58,899 nucleotides of DNA from a virus (Duplodnaviria > Caudoviricetes), in the IMG/VR virus record IMGVR_UViG_3300025083_000028, positions 1 to 58,899 of that record, one strand, 5' to 3'. The notes under the pieces are model-generated. The model was not told where the DNA came from. It was given only the letters and a program-made list of their open reading frames with translations, and searched no databases. The position numbers were made by a program, and so were the translations under genes. Numbering within the stretch: the first letter of the stretch is position 1; every line of letters starts with the position of its first letter. Below, piece by piece: positions 40,215 through 49,840 of this stretch.

Positions 40215-40670
40215 ATGATTAGCGAACACATTAGTAAAAAAGAAGCAACGTTTAGTGCAACAGCAATGAGAACAGGTATAGATAATATACCTGGTGAATA
40301 TGAATTACAGAATATGGAATTGATTGCTGAAAAAGTATTTGAGCCATTAAGAAAACACGTTAATGGACCTATTAAAATTAACTCGTTCTATCGCAGTAAA
40401 GAATTAAATCGAGCGATCGGAGGGAGCTCAAAATCGCAGCATTGCCAAGGCAGAGCGATAGATTTAGACGACACATATGGTTATATGTCTAATGCAGATA
40501 TGTATAAATATATAAAAGATAACTTAGATTACGATCAGATGATTTGGGAATTTGGAACCGATGAAAACCCGGATTGGGTACATGTAAGCTACGTAGACGC
40601 TGACTCAAATAGAAAAAGATGTTTGAAAGCATATAAAGAAGAAGGTAAAACTAAATATAAAGTAATATGA
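40215..40670 (+). CDS. Endolysin, Peptidase M15-type zinc peptidase
   Basis: INSFYRS..LNRAIGG..SQHCQGRAID...WVHVSY. Confidence 0.85.
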   Translation: MISEHISKKEATFSATAMRTGIDNIPGEYELQNMELIAEKVFEPLRKHVNGPIKINSFYRSKELNRAIGGSSKSQHCQGRAIDLDDTYGYMSNADMYKYIKDNLDYDQMIWEFGTDENPDWVHVSYVDADSNRKRCLKAYKEEGKTKYKVI

Positions 40671-41038
40671 TAAAATTAAATAAACTTATTTTTTTAGTGC
40701 TATTAATAATTGGATGTTCAGTACAGAAAAAACCTGAAATTAAAATTACTCACGTATTAGCTGTAACTCATACAGGTGATACATTAACAATACCTATTGA
40801 TGTTATAAGACCTGTTAATTATAGAATAATTAATTATGGTGGGTATAACTATAGCTGGCCAAGACCTTATTATTATGATTATCATAGACAATATAATTAT
40901 AATCAAGGTTCGTCTTATAGATCAAATAATAATAATAACAATAATAGTAATGATAAAAACATCAATAAAATTGTACCAAGAGAAGATCCTGGGGATGGTA
41001 AACCATCTGCTGATGTTTTGATGAAAGGAAAGAAATAA
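40667..41038 (+). CDS. Lipoprotein (possible spanin-type lysis accessory)
   Basis: Lipobox LIIGC; overlaps the endolysin stop; Tyr/Asn-rich tail. Confidence 0.5.
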   Translation: MIKLNKLIFLVLLIIGCSVQKKPEIKITHVLAVTHTGDTLTIPIDVIRPVNYRIINYGGYNYSWPRPYYYDYHRQYNYNQGSSYRSNNNNNNNSNDKNINKIVPREDPGDGKPSADVLMKGKK

Positions 41039-41069
41039 AAAAAAGGGGCCTTAAAAAAGCCCCTTAATT
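41037..41069. terminator. Rho-independent terminator at the convergence of the two gene arms
   Basis: A8-ggggc-cttaaaaaa-gcccc-ttaatt; strong U-tail on the minus strand. Confidence 0.8.
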
Positions 41070-41119
41070 ATTTGGATCCCACCAACCACTCATTTCCTCA
41101 CGCGCGCTTCTTCCAAATT

Positions 41120-42841
41120 TTATCCATCACAAGCTAAGCAATTCTCATCCATTGCTGCCTGCGCAATATCACCTCTCAATACAGATTCCGTTCTCATATA
41201 ATATAAGGTTTTAATACCTTTCTTCCACGCTTCATAATGAACTTTATTAATCCATTTAGGATCTGCAACGCTAGGGAAAGCTAAATTCAAACTAACAGAC
41301 TGATCTATATATTGCTGTCTTATACCTGCTTGATTAACTAATTCTAGTTGATTAATTTCTTTAAATGTTTTAAATACTTCTTTCGCTGGTGTATCCCATT
41401 TACCTATAGTTATATCATTAAGTTCTTTTACACCTTGAACTGAACCTCCGTCTTTCATTATTCTATTCCACACTTTATCAGTATTGATTTTATGTTTTCT
41501 TAATAACTTTAATAATGTAGGGTTCTTGCGAATGAAAGTACCTTTTGCACTTTGTTCCGTAAATACATTAGCGGCCCAGGGTTCGATACCGGGACTAACA
41601 TTGCCACTAAGTTTACTATTGCTAACAGTAGGAGCAATGGCGCGGAGATGAGTATTCCTAAAACCTGAACCCCTACACCATAGAGGTTCACCAAACTCCT
41701 CTGCAAGTGCCATGGAAGCTCTTTCGCTTTCAATTTTAATTTGACTAAATATTTTTCTTGTTTCATATTGTGCTAATAATCCTTCAAACGGTAAACCTTG
41801 ATCTTGTAAATAAGTATGCCAGCCAAGCACACCTAACCCTAAAGCTCTACCCTTTTCAGCAGATCTTACAGAATTATGAAAGCCAACTTTACCTTTGGAT
41901 TTTTGTATAAATTCTTCTAACACGCCATCTAAAAACCATATACTATCGTATATAAGATTCGTGTTTTTCCACTCATCGTATTTAGCTAAATTTAACGATG
42001 ATAAACAACAAACAAAAGAATGAGATTCATCAGTATGTAATGTAATCTCGCTACATATGTTTGTCATATGCACTTTTAATCCGTGCTTTCTGTATTGCTC
42101 TGGGTTATTTTTGTTTGTATTCCCCTTAAATAGCACGTAAGGTTCTCCAGTAGCTTTACGCTTTTGAAGTAGTTTTCCCCAACGTTTTCTAGCTTCTCCA
42201 TCTCCTTGCTCAAGTCGTCGCATAAACTTGTCGCCGACCACAGCGCACTGGTGTAGGTTGAGCGATTGACGATTAACGTCTCCTTTAGGCTCACGTATTT
42301 CGAGCCACTCATCGAAATCGGGGTGATCAATGTTAATATTAACCGATGCAGCTCCTCGTCTGACAGATCCTTGATTAGTGGCAAGTATTGTTGAATCGTA
42401 TACCTTACAAAAAGGCACAACTCCGTCACTTGTTCCATTTCCTGTTATTTTATCGCCGGCGGGTCTGATTTGATTTATACCAATGCCAACTCCACCGCCG
42501 TGCTTAGCGAGTAGCATCATCTCTAAATTTTTACTTCCAATGTCATATATCGAGTCAGCAACATCTATACCAAAGCATGATATTGGCAAACCTCGATCTG
42601 AGCCTGTGTTAGACAACACAGGGGAAGCTAAACATAGCCAACCATTCCATATATATTCAAAAAATGTTTTGGCCATTTCTGGGCGTCCTAAACGCTTCGC
42701 TACAGTTTCACAAACTCTATTGTATGCGTCTCTTGGTGTTTCATTTTTAATTAAATAACCACCACCAATTGTTTTTTTATATACATCTGTGTCGCCCCAC
42801 GAAGGGTAGTCTACACCTTTTTTCCATTCTTTATTCCACAT
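41120..42841 (-). CDS. nrdA: Ribonucleotide reductase class Ia alpha subunit (no ATP cone)
   Basis: LASPVLSN, PISCF, GGGVG, TNICSEI, AIAPTVSNS, DQSVSLN, KTLYY, C-terminal CLACDG. Confidence 0.95.
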   Translation of the reverse strand: MWNKEWKKGVDYPSWGDTDVYKKTIGGGYLIKNETPRDAYNRVCETVAKRLGRPEMAKTFFEYIWNGWLCLASPVLSNTGSDRGLPISCFGIDVADSIYDIGSKNLEMMLLAKHGGGVGIGINQIRPAGDKITGNGTSDGVVPFCKVYDSTILATNQGSVRRGAASVNINIDHPDFDEWLEIREPKGDVNRQSLNLHQCAVVGDKFMRRLEQGDGEARKRWGKLLQKRKATGEPYVLFKGNTNKNNPEQYRKHGLKVHMTNICSEITLHTDESHSFVCCLSSLNLAKYDEWKNTNLIYDSIWFLDGVLEEFIQKSKGKVGFHNSVRSAEKGRALGLGVLGWHTYLQDQGLPFEGLLAQYETRKIFSQIKIESERASMALAEEFGEPLWCRGSGFRNTHLRAIAPTVSNSKLSGNVSPGIEPWAANVFTEQSAKGTFIRKNPTLLKLLRKHKINTDKVWNRIMKDGGSVQGVKELNDITIGKWDTPAKEVFKTFKEINQLELVNQAGIRQQYIDQSVSLNLAFPSVADPKWINKVHYEAWKKGIKTLYYMRTESVLRGDIAQAAMDENCLACDG

Positions 42842-43034
42842 CTCTTTTATCTAAATCTTTAAGTTCTTCAACAAGTTTATCCCAGTCATCTTTACCAATA
42901 TGTAATTGAAATGCTGTTAGCGTCCCTTGGGACAATACCTTTAAAGCATCTAGTTCTTTTAATGCATTGGTTAAAGCACCGCTTAAAATTCCTACTTGTT
43001 CTTGCAATTGTTTAATGTTTTTTTGTACTCCCAT
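42831..43034 (-). CDS. Hypothetical coiled-coil protein between nrdB and nrdA
   Basis: 67 aa, overlaps the nrdA start. Confidence 0.6.
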   Translation of the reverse strand: MGVQKNIKQLQEQVGILSGALTNALKELDALKVLSQGTLTAFQLHIGKDDWDKLVEELKDLDKRDVE

Positions 43035-43044
43035 AATTTAATTT

Positions 43045-44037
43045 TTACCAAACGTCTTCAAAATCTTCTCCTTCGTTTGCTTTACTATAGTCAGTCGGCC
43101 TAATAGCGAAGAAATCAGTGTGAGTGTGACCCCCAGTAAGATGATCGAACCAAGCCATTTTGTTAATTGCTTTTTGGTCATACGATTTTTCTGTCCAATC
43201 CCACTGCTTGTATTTTCTTTCTGTGTAACCGAGCTCTTCAAGTTTGTCACCAACTCTTTTTTTGATGAAGTGTTGTAAGTCATAAGCTGTTAAATTTTCT
43301 ATATCACCCATCTCAAACATCTTATTTATATAAGACATTTCAGCGTTGTGCATTTCTAAAGCGGCTAAATATATATGTGGCTCGCACTCTTGTTTTAGAC
43401 CGGGTATTTGTGAACACATATGTCTAAACAACTGGCACCCCATTTTACTGTGTAATGATTCATCTCTTACAGACCACTTCATTTGTTGACCAATACCCTT
43501 AAGCATATTACGCATTTGAAAACTGTATAGCACAGCGAATGCAGAATATAAAGATACACCTTCAGCAAATGCAGAAAATACTGCAAGACTTTTACCAATA
43601 CCCACGGGATCGTTGCCCTCATAAGCAACTAGATTTTCAAATCTTTTTGCTGTAGCGGGCTCGTGTAAGAATGCCTCATAGTCTTCAAGACCTAAGGTTT
43701 CATTCAGGTAGCTGTATGCAACGGCGTGGATAGTCTCTTGACTACCGAACATCATTGCCATTTGTTGAATCTCGTGCTTGGGAAACCACGAGACAACATT
43801 CTGCGTCCAATAGTCGGATACTGCGCACTCTGTCTGGGCAAAGCCGAGTAGTATGTTTCCGACCAAGTTCTTCTCTTTGTCATTTAGTTTTTCGTTCCAA
43901 TCTTTTAAATCACCGGACATAGGAATTTCTGTATGTAGCCAAAAAGCCTGAGCTTGTTTTAACCAACCCTCTGTGTAATACTCAGGATATTCAAATGGTT
44001 TGTACGGAATTCTTTCTGTAAATAATGGTGCGTTCAT
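43045..44037 (-). CDS. nrdB: Ribonucleotide reductase class Ia beta subunit
   Basis: FWLHTEI, ETIHAVAYS, EGVSLYSAF, RDESLH di-metal motifs; DFFAIRPTDYSKA tail. Confidence 0.95.
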   Translation of the reverse strand: MNAPLFTERIPYKPFEYPEYYTEGWLKQAQAFWLHTEIPMSGDLKDWNEKLNDKEKNLVGNILLGFAQTECAVSDYWTQNVVSWFPKHEIQQMAMMFGSQETIHAVAYSYLNETLGLEDYEAFLHEPATAKRFENLVAYEGNDPVGIGKSLAVFSAFAEGVSLYSAFAVLYSFQMRNMLKGIGQQMKWSVRDESLHSKMGCQLFRHMCSQIPGLKQECEPHIYLAALEMHNAEMSYINKMFEMGDIENLTAYDLQHFIKKRVGDKLEELGYTERKYKQWDWTEKSYDQKAINKMAWFDHLTGGHTHTDFFAIRPTDYSKANEGEDFEDVW

Positions 44038-44039
44038 AA

Positions 44040-44195
44040 TTAATTTTTTATTTCTATTGCTATATCCACAAAGGGTAGATAAAATACGTGTTGTGTGTGT
44101 GTTGGGCCTTCATAAGTTCTAGCTCCAAATAGTACTCCTGGGTATGTGCCTAATGCCATACTCCATGTTCCTGATGGTTCTTCTTTATCATCCAT
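44040..44195 (-). CDS. Small hypothetical protein (51 aa)
   Basis: MDDKEEPSGTWSMALGTYPGVLFGARTYEGPTHTQHVFYLPFVDIAIEIKN; not in ORF track; fills the gap before nrdB. Confidence 0.65.
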   Translation of the reverse strand: MDDKEEPSGTWSMALGTYPGVLFGARTYEGPTHTQHVFYLPFVDIAIEIKN

Positions 44196-44361
44196 AACAT
44201 TTTATATTATATTGTTCATGTATCATTATAAGATCTTTCCATTTTAAATAGCCCCTTTTGTTTATTGACCATTTAATGTACGTGTCTATTTTACGTTCTT
44301 TATATTTCCTTCGAGCTAAATGCTTTCCGGCGTTTTTATTAATTCTATTACCTGATCGCAT
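44188..44361 (-). CDS. Small basic hypothetical protein (57 aa)
   Basis: MRSGNRINKNAGKHLARRKYKERKIDTYIKW...CYG; overlaps both neighbours. Confidence 0.45.
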   Translation of the reverse strand: MRSGNRINKNAGKHLARRKYKERKIDTYIKWSINKRGYLKWKDLIMIHEQYNIKCYG

Positions 44362-44771
44362 TCTTTTTGATTTTGTGGTTTATATAAAGTGTAACCTGGA
44401 AATTGTTTTGTCATTAAATGTTTAAATAATTTCCAACGTATTGGAAACGATTCATTAGGTCTACCTTTAGTTTCTATTATAAAATCTTCTCCTATAAAGT
44501 CTGGCGTGTATTTAATTGGTAGTATTCTTTTACAACCTCTATTTTTAAATATGCCTTTACTATTAGATTGTCTTTCGTATACTTTGTTTTCAAAATGAAA
44601 ACCATTTATCAATACAAAAGTTTCGCCTTCGTATTTAGCTTTTATATTAGCCTGTTTTAAAGCTTTATACATATATTTTTCTAAACCAGAAGCGAAGTGG
44701 ATCCCATCGTAAATAACTTTTTTAGCTACGACAGGACCTCTCTTTCTTTTATATACTCTTTTCTTTCTCAT
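44316..44771 (-). CDS. T7 endonuclease I-like Holliday junction resolvase
   Basis: FASGLE...YEGETF...YTPDF...IIETKG PD-(D/E)xK motif; start probably MRKKR at 44771 rather than 44807. Confidence 0.8.
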   Translation of the reverse strand: MRKKRVYKRKRGPVVAKKVIYDGIHFASGLEKYMYKALKQANIKAKYEGETFVLINGFHFENKVYERQSNSKGIFKNRGCKRILPIKYTPDFIGEDFIIETKGRPNESFPIRWKLFKHLMTKQFPGYTLYKPQNQKECDQVIELIKTPESI

Positions 44772-44967
44772 AAGTTTCTTTAGCTTTTTGTAAATACAAT
44801 ACAGCATCCATCAACTCTTCTTGTAAATGATTAAGCCAGTCAACCATTTTAGAGGGGTCTTCATCAAGTGTAACGCCATATTTTTTATAGCCTACATCTG
44901 ATCGTTGTTTGAACTTGTCTACGACTCTTTCAACAACAGGGTCTCTGAATTTACATTTACAGCTCAT
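44749..44967 (-). CDS. Small all-alpha NTP-pyrophosphohydrolase-like protein
   Basis: RSDVGYKKYGVTL...WLNHLQEELMDAVLYL acidic helix motif. Confidence 0.55.
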   Translation of the reverse strand: MSCKCKFRDPVVERVVDKFKQRSDVGYKKYGVTLDEDPSKMVDWLNHLQEELMDAVLYLQKAKETYEKEKSI

Positions 44968-45724
44968 CTTTCACAAATGTTCCGTTAATCATTTTTCCTG
45001 TTCTTTTGCTAATAACATTATAAGCTGAGTCAATACAATCTTCAATCTTAACACCTCTTAAATGTGCTAAGTTAGTAAGAACAACTATGATGTCACCGAT
45101 AGCATCGATAACTTCAGGTTGGTCATTCTTTAATAAAGCTTTAGCTAACTCGCCAGCTTCTTCTTGAAGTTTTACATATTGAGTGTTCTCATTACCCTTT
45201 TCATATAGGCCTCTTACTTTGGCCCAAGTTCTAATACTATCAAATATGTTTTGTTCAGCATCAATGTTTAATGATTCTAAGCTGTTATGTGAACAATAAA
45301 ATTCCCATAATGCTTTATTATATACATAGCTTCTATCGCTATTAAACATGGACGTATGCGCGTTAGATGCAATCCATTGTGCTGTTTCAACATCTAATAA
45401 TATTTTGCCAAAGTTGGTTGTCCATGTCATCCCAATCTGGTCCATCAATCTGCCTTTAACTTTAGCAACTGGCACAGGGAATGTTGTGGTTTGGTCGGTT
45501 ACGTTTATTTTCATTTTAAATAAATTTTTATAAGGTTTAATATCTACTTTGTAGCCATAAGACTTTTGAAGTTCTAGCTCTTTCTTTGATATGTAATCTA
45601 TATCGTCAGACTGATCTAAAACTTCGTACTCGGTAGGTTTATAACCCTGCGTTTGCGTAACTCTTTTACTAAGATTACGTGTAACGCCGATTTTTTTACC
45701 TGGAATGTGATATAAATAATACAT
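44957..45724 (-). CDS. mazG: MazG-like pyrophosphohydrolase with GIY-YIG-like N-terminal extension
   Basis: C-terminal KLQEEAGELA...DAIGDIIVVLTNLA; N-terminal YYLYHIP..KIGVTRNLSKR. Confidence 0.75.
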   Translation of the reverse strand: MYYLYHIPGKKIGVTRNLSKRVTQTQGYKPTEYEVLDQSDDIDYISKKELELQKSYGYKVDIKPYKNLFKMKINVTDQTTTFPVPVAKVKGRLMDQIGMTWTTNFGKILLDVETAQWIASNAHTSMFNSDRSYVYNKALWEFYCSHNSLESLNIDAEQNIFDSIRTWAKVRGLYEKGNENTQYVKLQEEAGELAKALLKNDQPEVIDAIGDIIVVLTNLAHLRGVKIEDCIDSAYNVISKRTGKMINGTFVKDEL

Positions 45725-46572
45725 TATTTTCCAACGTTTAATTTTGCCGGTATTGCTGGCAAAGGGTTATAGTTTAATATTTCAATAGATTCTTTACTTG
45801 GTATATGTAATTTATCATCTATTATTTTAATACCCTCATTTAATTTTAATTCGGGTAGATTGTTTGATTCTCTTCTGTACATATAACAGGTTGCAGCATC
45901 AATATGATTATTGTATATATGACAATCACCAAGTTGAGCTATAAGTTTACCAGGAATATATTCTGTTTCTTTACATAATAATTCTAATAATAAACCATAC
46001 ATAGCTATATCGTAAGGCAATCCTAAAAACACATCAGCAGATCTTTGAACCCATATTAAATCCATCTTGTCGTTGTTTATATATACTTGAAAAGCATAAT
46101 GACAAGGAGGCAATGCCATATTATCTAATTCAGATGCATTCCATGCGCTAACTAATAATCTCCTTGAGCTAGGATTTTCTTTAATGTTTTTAACTAAATT
46201 ATACAATTGATCTGCATATCTTGTGTATGCACCATCTGCTATCTTCCACTTACGCCATTGATGGCCATATACAGGGCCAAGAGTACCATCTGTTCTGCCT
46301 GATCTTTTATAATCAGCATCCCAGTAAGATACATTATTATCCTGTAAGTATTTCATATCTGTTCTACCATTTAATATCCATAGTAATTCTGTTCTTGCAG
46401 AATTGAAATACATTTTTTTATTTGTAAGTAAAGGAAAGCCTATAGACATATCGTGTGTTAACTGTCTGCCAAATACAGATTTAGTTCCAACACCTGTTCT
46501 GTCTTCTTTATTAGGAGCTGACTGTAATATTGCAGCAACTAATCCTCTATACTGATTTTCTATATTTATCAT
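45724..46572 (-). CDS. thyA: Thymidylate synthase
   Basis: DRTGVGT, ELLWIL, LGPVYGHQWR, MALPPCH, QRSADVFLGLPY, GDCHIYNNH; start probably MINIEN at 46572. Confidence 0.95.
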   Translation of the reverse strand: MINIENQYRGLVAAILQSAPNKEDRTGVGTKSVFGRQLTHDMSIGFPLLTNKKMYFNSARTELLWILNGRTDMKYLQDNNVSYWDADYKRSGRTDGTLGPVYGHQWRKWKIADGAYTRYADQLYNLVKNIKENPSSRRLLVSAWNASELDNMALPPCHYAFQVYINNDKMDLIWVQRSADVFLGLPYDIAMYGLLLELLCKETEYIPGKLIAQLGDCHIYNNHIDAATCYMYRRESNNLPELKLNEGIKIIDDKLHIPSKESIEILNYNPLPAIPAKLNVGK

Positions 46573-46828
46573 AATAATATTTACACATTCTATAATATTC
46601 TGGCCATAGTGTTTCTTTATCGTATATATGTGGAGCAAAGTTACACTTCTCCCCTTTTTTATACGGGCCTAAGTTTATACATATTTTCCATTGGCCATCT
46701 TGCGGCATAGCCCAAGGCGAAATTCTTATGTTCTTTCTTGTACAAAACAATTTCCATTCTTGTTCTTCAGGCGTTGCCATATATGAAGGCAAATAGTTTT
46801 TTTTTCTTCTTTTATATAAACTTTTCAT
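46547..46828 (-). CDS. Hypothetical protein
   Basis: 93 aa coupled to the primase-helicase stop. Confidence 0.6.
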   Translation of the reverse strand: MKSLYKRRKKNYLPSYMATPEEQEWKLFCTRKNIRISPWAMPQDGQWKICINLGPYKKGEKCNFAPHIYDKETLWPEYYRMCKYYYDKYRKSV

Positions 46829-48552
46829 TAATCCCAGGGCATAGGTTCGTCATCGTGTATAGCAACTTCGTGTGGTATAAAACAACCAGATTTAGGTTCC
46901 CACGTAAAATGAGCTTCAGCTCCGTTCTCTCCTAAATTCTGAAACTTAACTTTAAGTATTTTAGCCTTAACAGTTTTGTTTTCATAATCTCTATGAACTA
47001 ATATACCATGATAAGATGCATCATACCATTCACCTCCGCCTTTAATGTTATACATAGTTGGTTCTTCAATCTTGCCATTACTATCTTTATACATCTTAGT
47101 TGGATGTGCCACTATAAACACTAATACGTCATACTTTTTAGCAAACGTTTCAATCTTTGTTAGATACTCCATTGTGTATCTATTAACGTCTTCAGTTTTA
47201 CAATCAACGTCTCTGATTTTATTAAACGGGTCTATAACCAAACATTTAATACCTTTACGTTTTACTAACTCAGCGCCTTTACGCAATACAGATTCAAGTG
47301 TGTATCTTTCCATGTCAATGAAAAAGAAATTATCATTAACGTGTTCCGCTACTTGATTCCATTTGTCTGTGCCAATATCATGTTTACGCGGCATATCTTG
47401 CCAAACTTTTCTCATTAGTTTATGAGCATGTAAATATGTTGGTGCATTTTCAGGCGATGCAAATGCTGTTTTCCATGCGTAGTTTTGATTATAACCAACT
47501 ACCATCTGATCAACGAAATCTGATTTTCCGCTACTAGGTATCCCAGTAACAGTGATAAACTGGCCAGTATAAGTACTAAAAATGTTATCAAAATTAGGTA
47601 AACCAATTTGATACCCACGTTTGAAACCATTTTTAACAAAGTCCGTAATTTCATCTTCTATATCTTTAAAAGTTGTTACATTTTCTAATGGAACTGGCCT
47701 AGCTCCTTCAATACGTTTAATTAATTTCTCTTTACCGTATTTTATTAAATATTCATTTGCATCTTTGCAATCTTCAAATGTAACTAAATAACAAACTTCT
47801 GCTCCGAGTCGTCTTATAAATTCTTGTTGTAGCGCTTGACCTGGTTCGTCATTATCTACAGCTAGTATTACTTTTTCTTTATTCTCAAAGTAATCTATAC
47901 AGTTATCCAAATAATCTAAATTATTTGAATTAAGTGTAGCTCCGTTAGGAACTGATATTGCATTCTTAATTCCGGCTTCATGTAATGCTAACACATCCAT
48001 TTCACCTTCTGTTATTATACAATCGTCATAACCAACTATACTATTAATGTTATAAAATATCTTCTCAGCACCTTTATATAATTTGAAATTCTTTCTGCCG
48101 TCTCTATATTTAACATTAATGAGTTGGTCACCCATTATATAATTAAATTGAATTGTATTCTCGGACTTGCCGGTCTGTGGCATAAACTCTTTACCTTCCG
48201 TGACATTTAATTCATCTAAAGTTTTTTGAGATATACCTCGTGATTGGAACCACTCATATACTTTTGAACCTAACTGTTTAGGGTCAACAACATTCAACGC
48301 ATCGGGCCTAACATACTCTTTGAGTGCAGACCCTTTACGTTGATATGAATGTAATTGAAATGTTGAATCACAGTGATGGCAAGTACCCAAACCTCTTTCC
48401 CAATCGTAAGAGGCACACTTTTGTTTTCTATTTTCAGGTTTTCTATTAGACGAACACAGGGGACAAATCCCCTGTGCTTTACCAACATCTAAATTATGTT
48501 GGTTAAACTGGTCGATTAAAAAACCATTAATCTCCGTGTTGTTTACTTGCAT
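46828..48552 (-). CDS. T7 gp4/Twinkle-type DNA primase-helicase
   Basis: CPLC...CHHC zinc finger; TOPRIM ITEGEMD and DNDEPG; KDANE; Walker A GIPSSGKS; LVIDP; VAHP. Confidence 0.92.
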   Translation of the reverse strand: MQVNNTEINGFLIDQFNQHNLDVGKAQGICPLCSSNRKPENRKQKCASYDWERGLGTCHHCDSTFQLHSYQRKGSALKEYVRPDALNVVDPKQLGSKVYEWFQSRGISQKTLDELNVTEGKEFMPQTGKSENTIQFNYIMGDQLINVKYRDGRKNFKLYKGAEKIFYNINSIVGYDDCIITEGEMDVLALHEAGIKNAISVPNGATLNSNNLDYLDNCIDYFENKEKVILAVDNDEPGQALQQEFIRRLGAEVCYLVTFEDCKDANEYLIKYGKEKLIKRIEGARPVPLENVTTFKDIEDEITDFVKNGFKRGYQIGLPNFDNIFSTYTGQFITVTGIPSSGKSDFVDQMVVGYNQNYAWKTAFASPENAPTYLHAHKLMRKVWQDMPRKHDIGTDKWNQVAEHVNDNFFFIDMERYTLESVLRKGAELVKRKGIKCLVIDPFNKIRDVDCKTEDVNRYTMEYLTKIETFAKKYDVLVFIVAHPTKMYKDSNGKIEEPTMYNIKGGGEWYDASYHGILVHRDYENKTVKAKILKVKFQNLGENGAEAHFTWEPKSGCFIPHEVAIHDDEPMPWD

Positions 48553-48563
48553 TAACTAACTAT

Positions 48564-48875
48564 TTAAAATGGTAAATCATCTGCTACTGCAGGAGCCGGA
48601 GCCGCTGCTTGTGTCGGTTGATCTGATCTTGGTGCTGCATCAACATTATCACCATTTGTCCAAACTACTTGAACATTACCTAAATAAACTTTAGGATTTT
48701 TAGCTTCTCTTTCCTCCTTGGATTGAGCAACTACAACCGGTCCTTGATTACCGAACTGATCAACTTCATCATTTATTGTAATAGTAATCGGTAAATACTT
48801 ACCTTTCTTACCAACAATGATTTTGTCTTTTGGTATCTCGTTAAGATTGATACTTGTTTTAATTATACTAGCCAT
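48564..48875 (-). CDS. Putative single-stranded DNA-binding protein
   Basis: 103 aa, beta-rich; acidic DDLPF C-terminal tail; located in the replication module. Confidence 0.65.
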   Translation of the reverse strand: MASIIKTSINLNEIPKDKIIVGKKGKYLPITITINDEVDQFGNQGPVVVAQSKEEREAKNPKVYLGNVQVVWTNGDNVDAAPRSDQPTQAAAPAPAVADDLPF

Positions 48876-48876
48876 A

Positions 48877-49095
48877 TTATACTGCTGTTTGAAATAAATT
48901 ATTGAACATAGTTCTCAGCTCAGTAGTTCCTACTGTAGCTCCTGTAGCTTGTAATCTTCTTCTGAAGTTGTCAGCTTTTTTGCTATACGCATGCAATCCA
49001 TCTGAAGATGTTTTGTTTGCATAAAACTCTGTTGTTGGAAAGGTCATTCCCGTCATTGCACATAATTTAGTTGTTGCTTTTTTTCTTCTTGCCAT
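48877..49095 (-). CDS. Small basic protein with degenerate zinc-finger-like pattern
   Basis: KLCAMTGMTFPTTEFY...DGLHAYSK. Confidence 0.55.
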   Translation of the reverse strand: MARRKKATTKLCAMTGMTFPTTEFYANKTSSDGLHAYSKKADNFRRRLQATGATVGTTELRTMFNNLFQTAV

Positions 49096-49108
49096 AATAA
49101 TAAGGGTT

Positions 49109-49840
49109 TTAAAGGGTTAAATTCATAAAGTATTGTGAAGGTTCAAATCCTTCGGTTTTAAAAAATAAGTCGTAAGCCTCAGTGGCTCTTTTAACTTTAG
49201 CCTCACCTGACTTATAAAAATCTGGTGAGCAATCAATAACTGCTATTTGATGTGTCTTTTTATCTATTACCATAAACACAAATTCATAGCCGAATAATTT
49301 ACTGTAGATGTATGCCTGACTGTCGTAATTATAACGGTAAGCGGAACGCCTGAAAGCGTGTATATCAGAAGTGGTTTTCAGGTCAATGATTAGTTGATCA
49401 TCATGGTTTATGATGTCAGCTTTTCCCTTCCACATATTGCCTTCAAGCTCCACTATACCAGGCTTCTCATACTCAACATCTATACCTCGGACTAAACCTC
49501 GGCATATATCATTATTCATTAATTTTTCGGTCATCAATTCAATTTGATCGACTTCGTGTTGTAATAAACACAGTTCGCCGCCAGACATTTCTTTATAATG
49601 TTTTGTGTTTCTCGTACTGCTTTCAATTATCTTAAACTTTTTTAATTTATCTGGTTCAAGTATTGCAGTATGAAAATAACCACCAACAAGAAACGCTGAA
49701 GACATTTTTGATTGTTCGCCTAAAGCTAAAGGATTAGTAAGCAAAGTAGATATGTCACTGTTACTCAAGAATTGTTTACCAAACTTGCCATAATAATGTT
49801 CATCTTCTTTTAACTTTTCTAATACCTTTTCTTTGTTCAT
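49109..49840 (-). CDS. PD-(D/E)xK exonuclease (RecE/ExoVIII-like)
   Basis: LSNSDI...GGYFHTAILEP...WKGKADI...IIDLKTT...YDSQAYIY. Confidence 0.8.
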   Translation of the reverse strand: MNKEKVLEKLKEDEHYYGKFGKQFLSNSDISTLLTNPLALGEQSKMSSAFLVGGYFHTAILEPDKLKKFKIIESSTRNTKHYKEMSGGELCLLQHEVDQIELMTEKLMNNDICRGLVRGIDVEYEKPGIVELEGNMWKGKADIINHDDQLIIDLKTTSDIHAFRRSAYRYNYDSQAYIYSKLFGYEFVFMVIDKKTHQIAVIDCSPDFYKSGEAKVKRATEAYDLFFKTEGFEPSQYFMNLTL

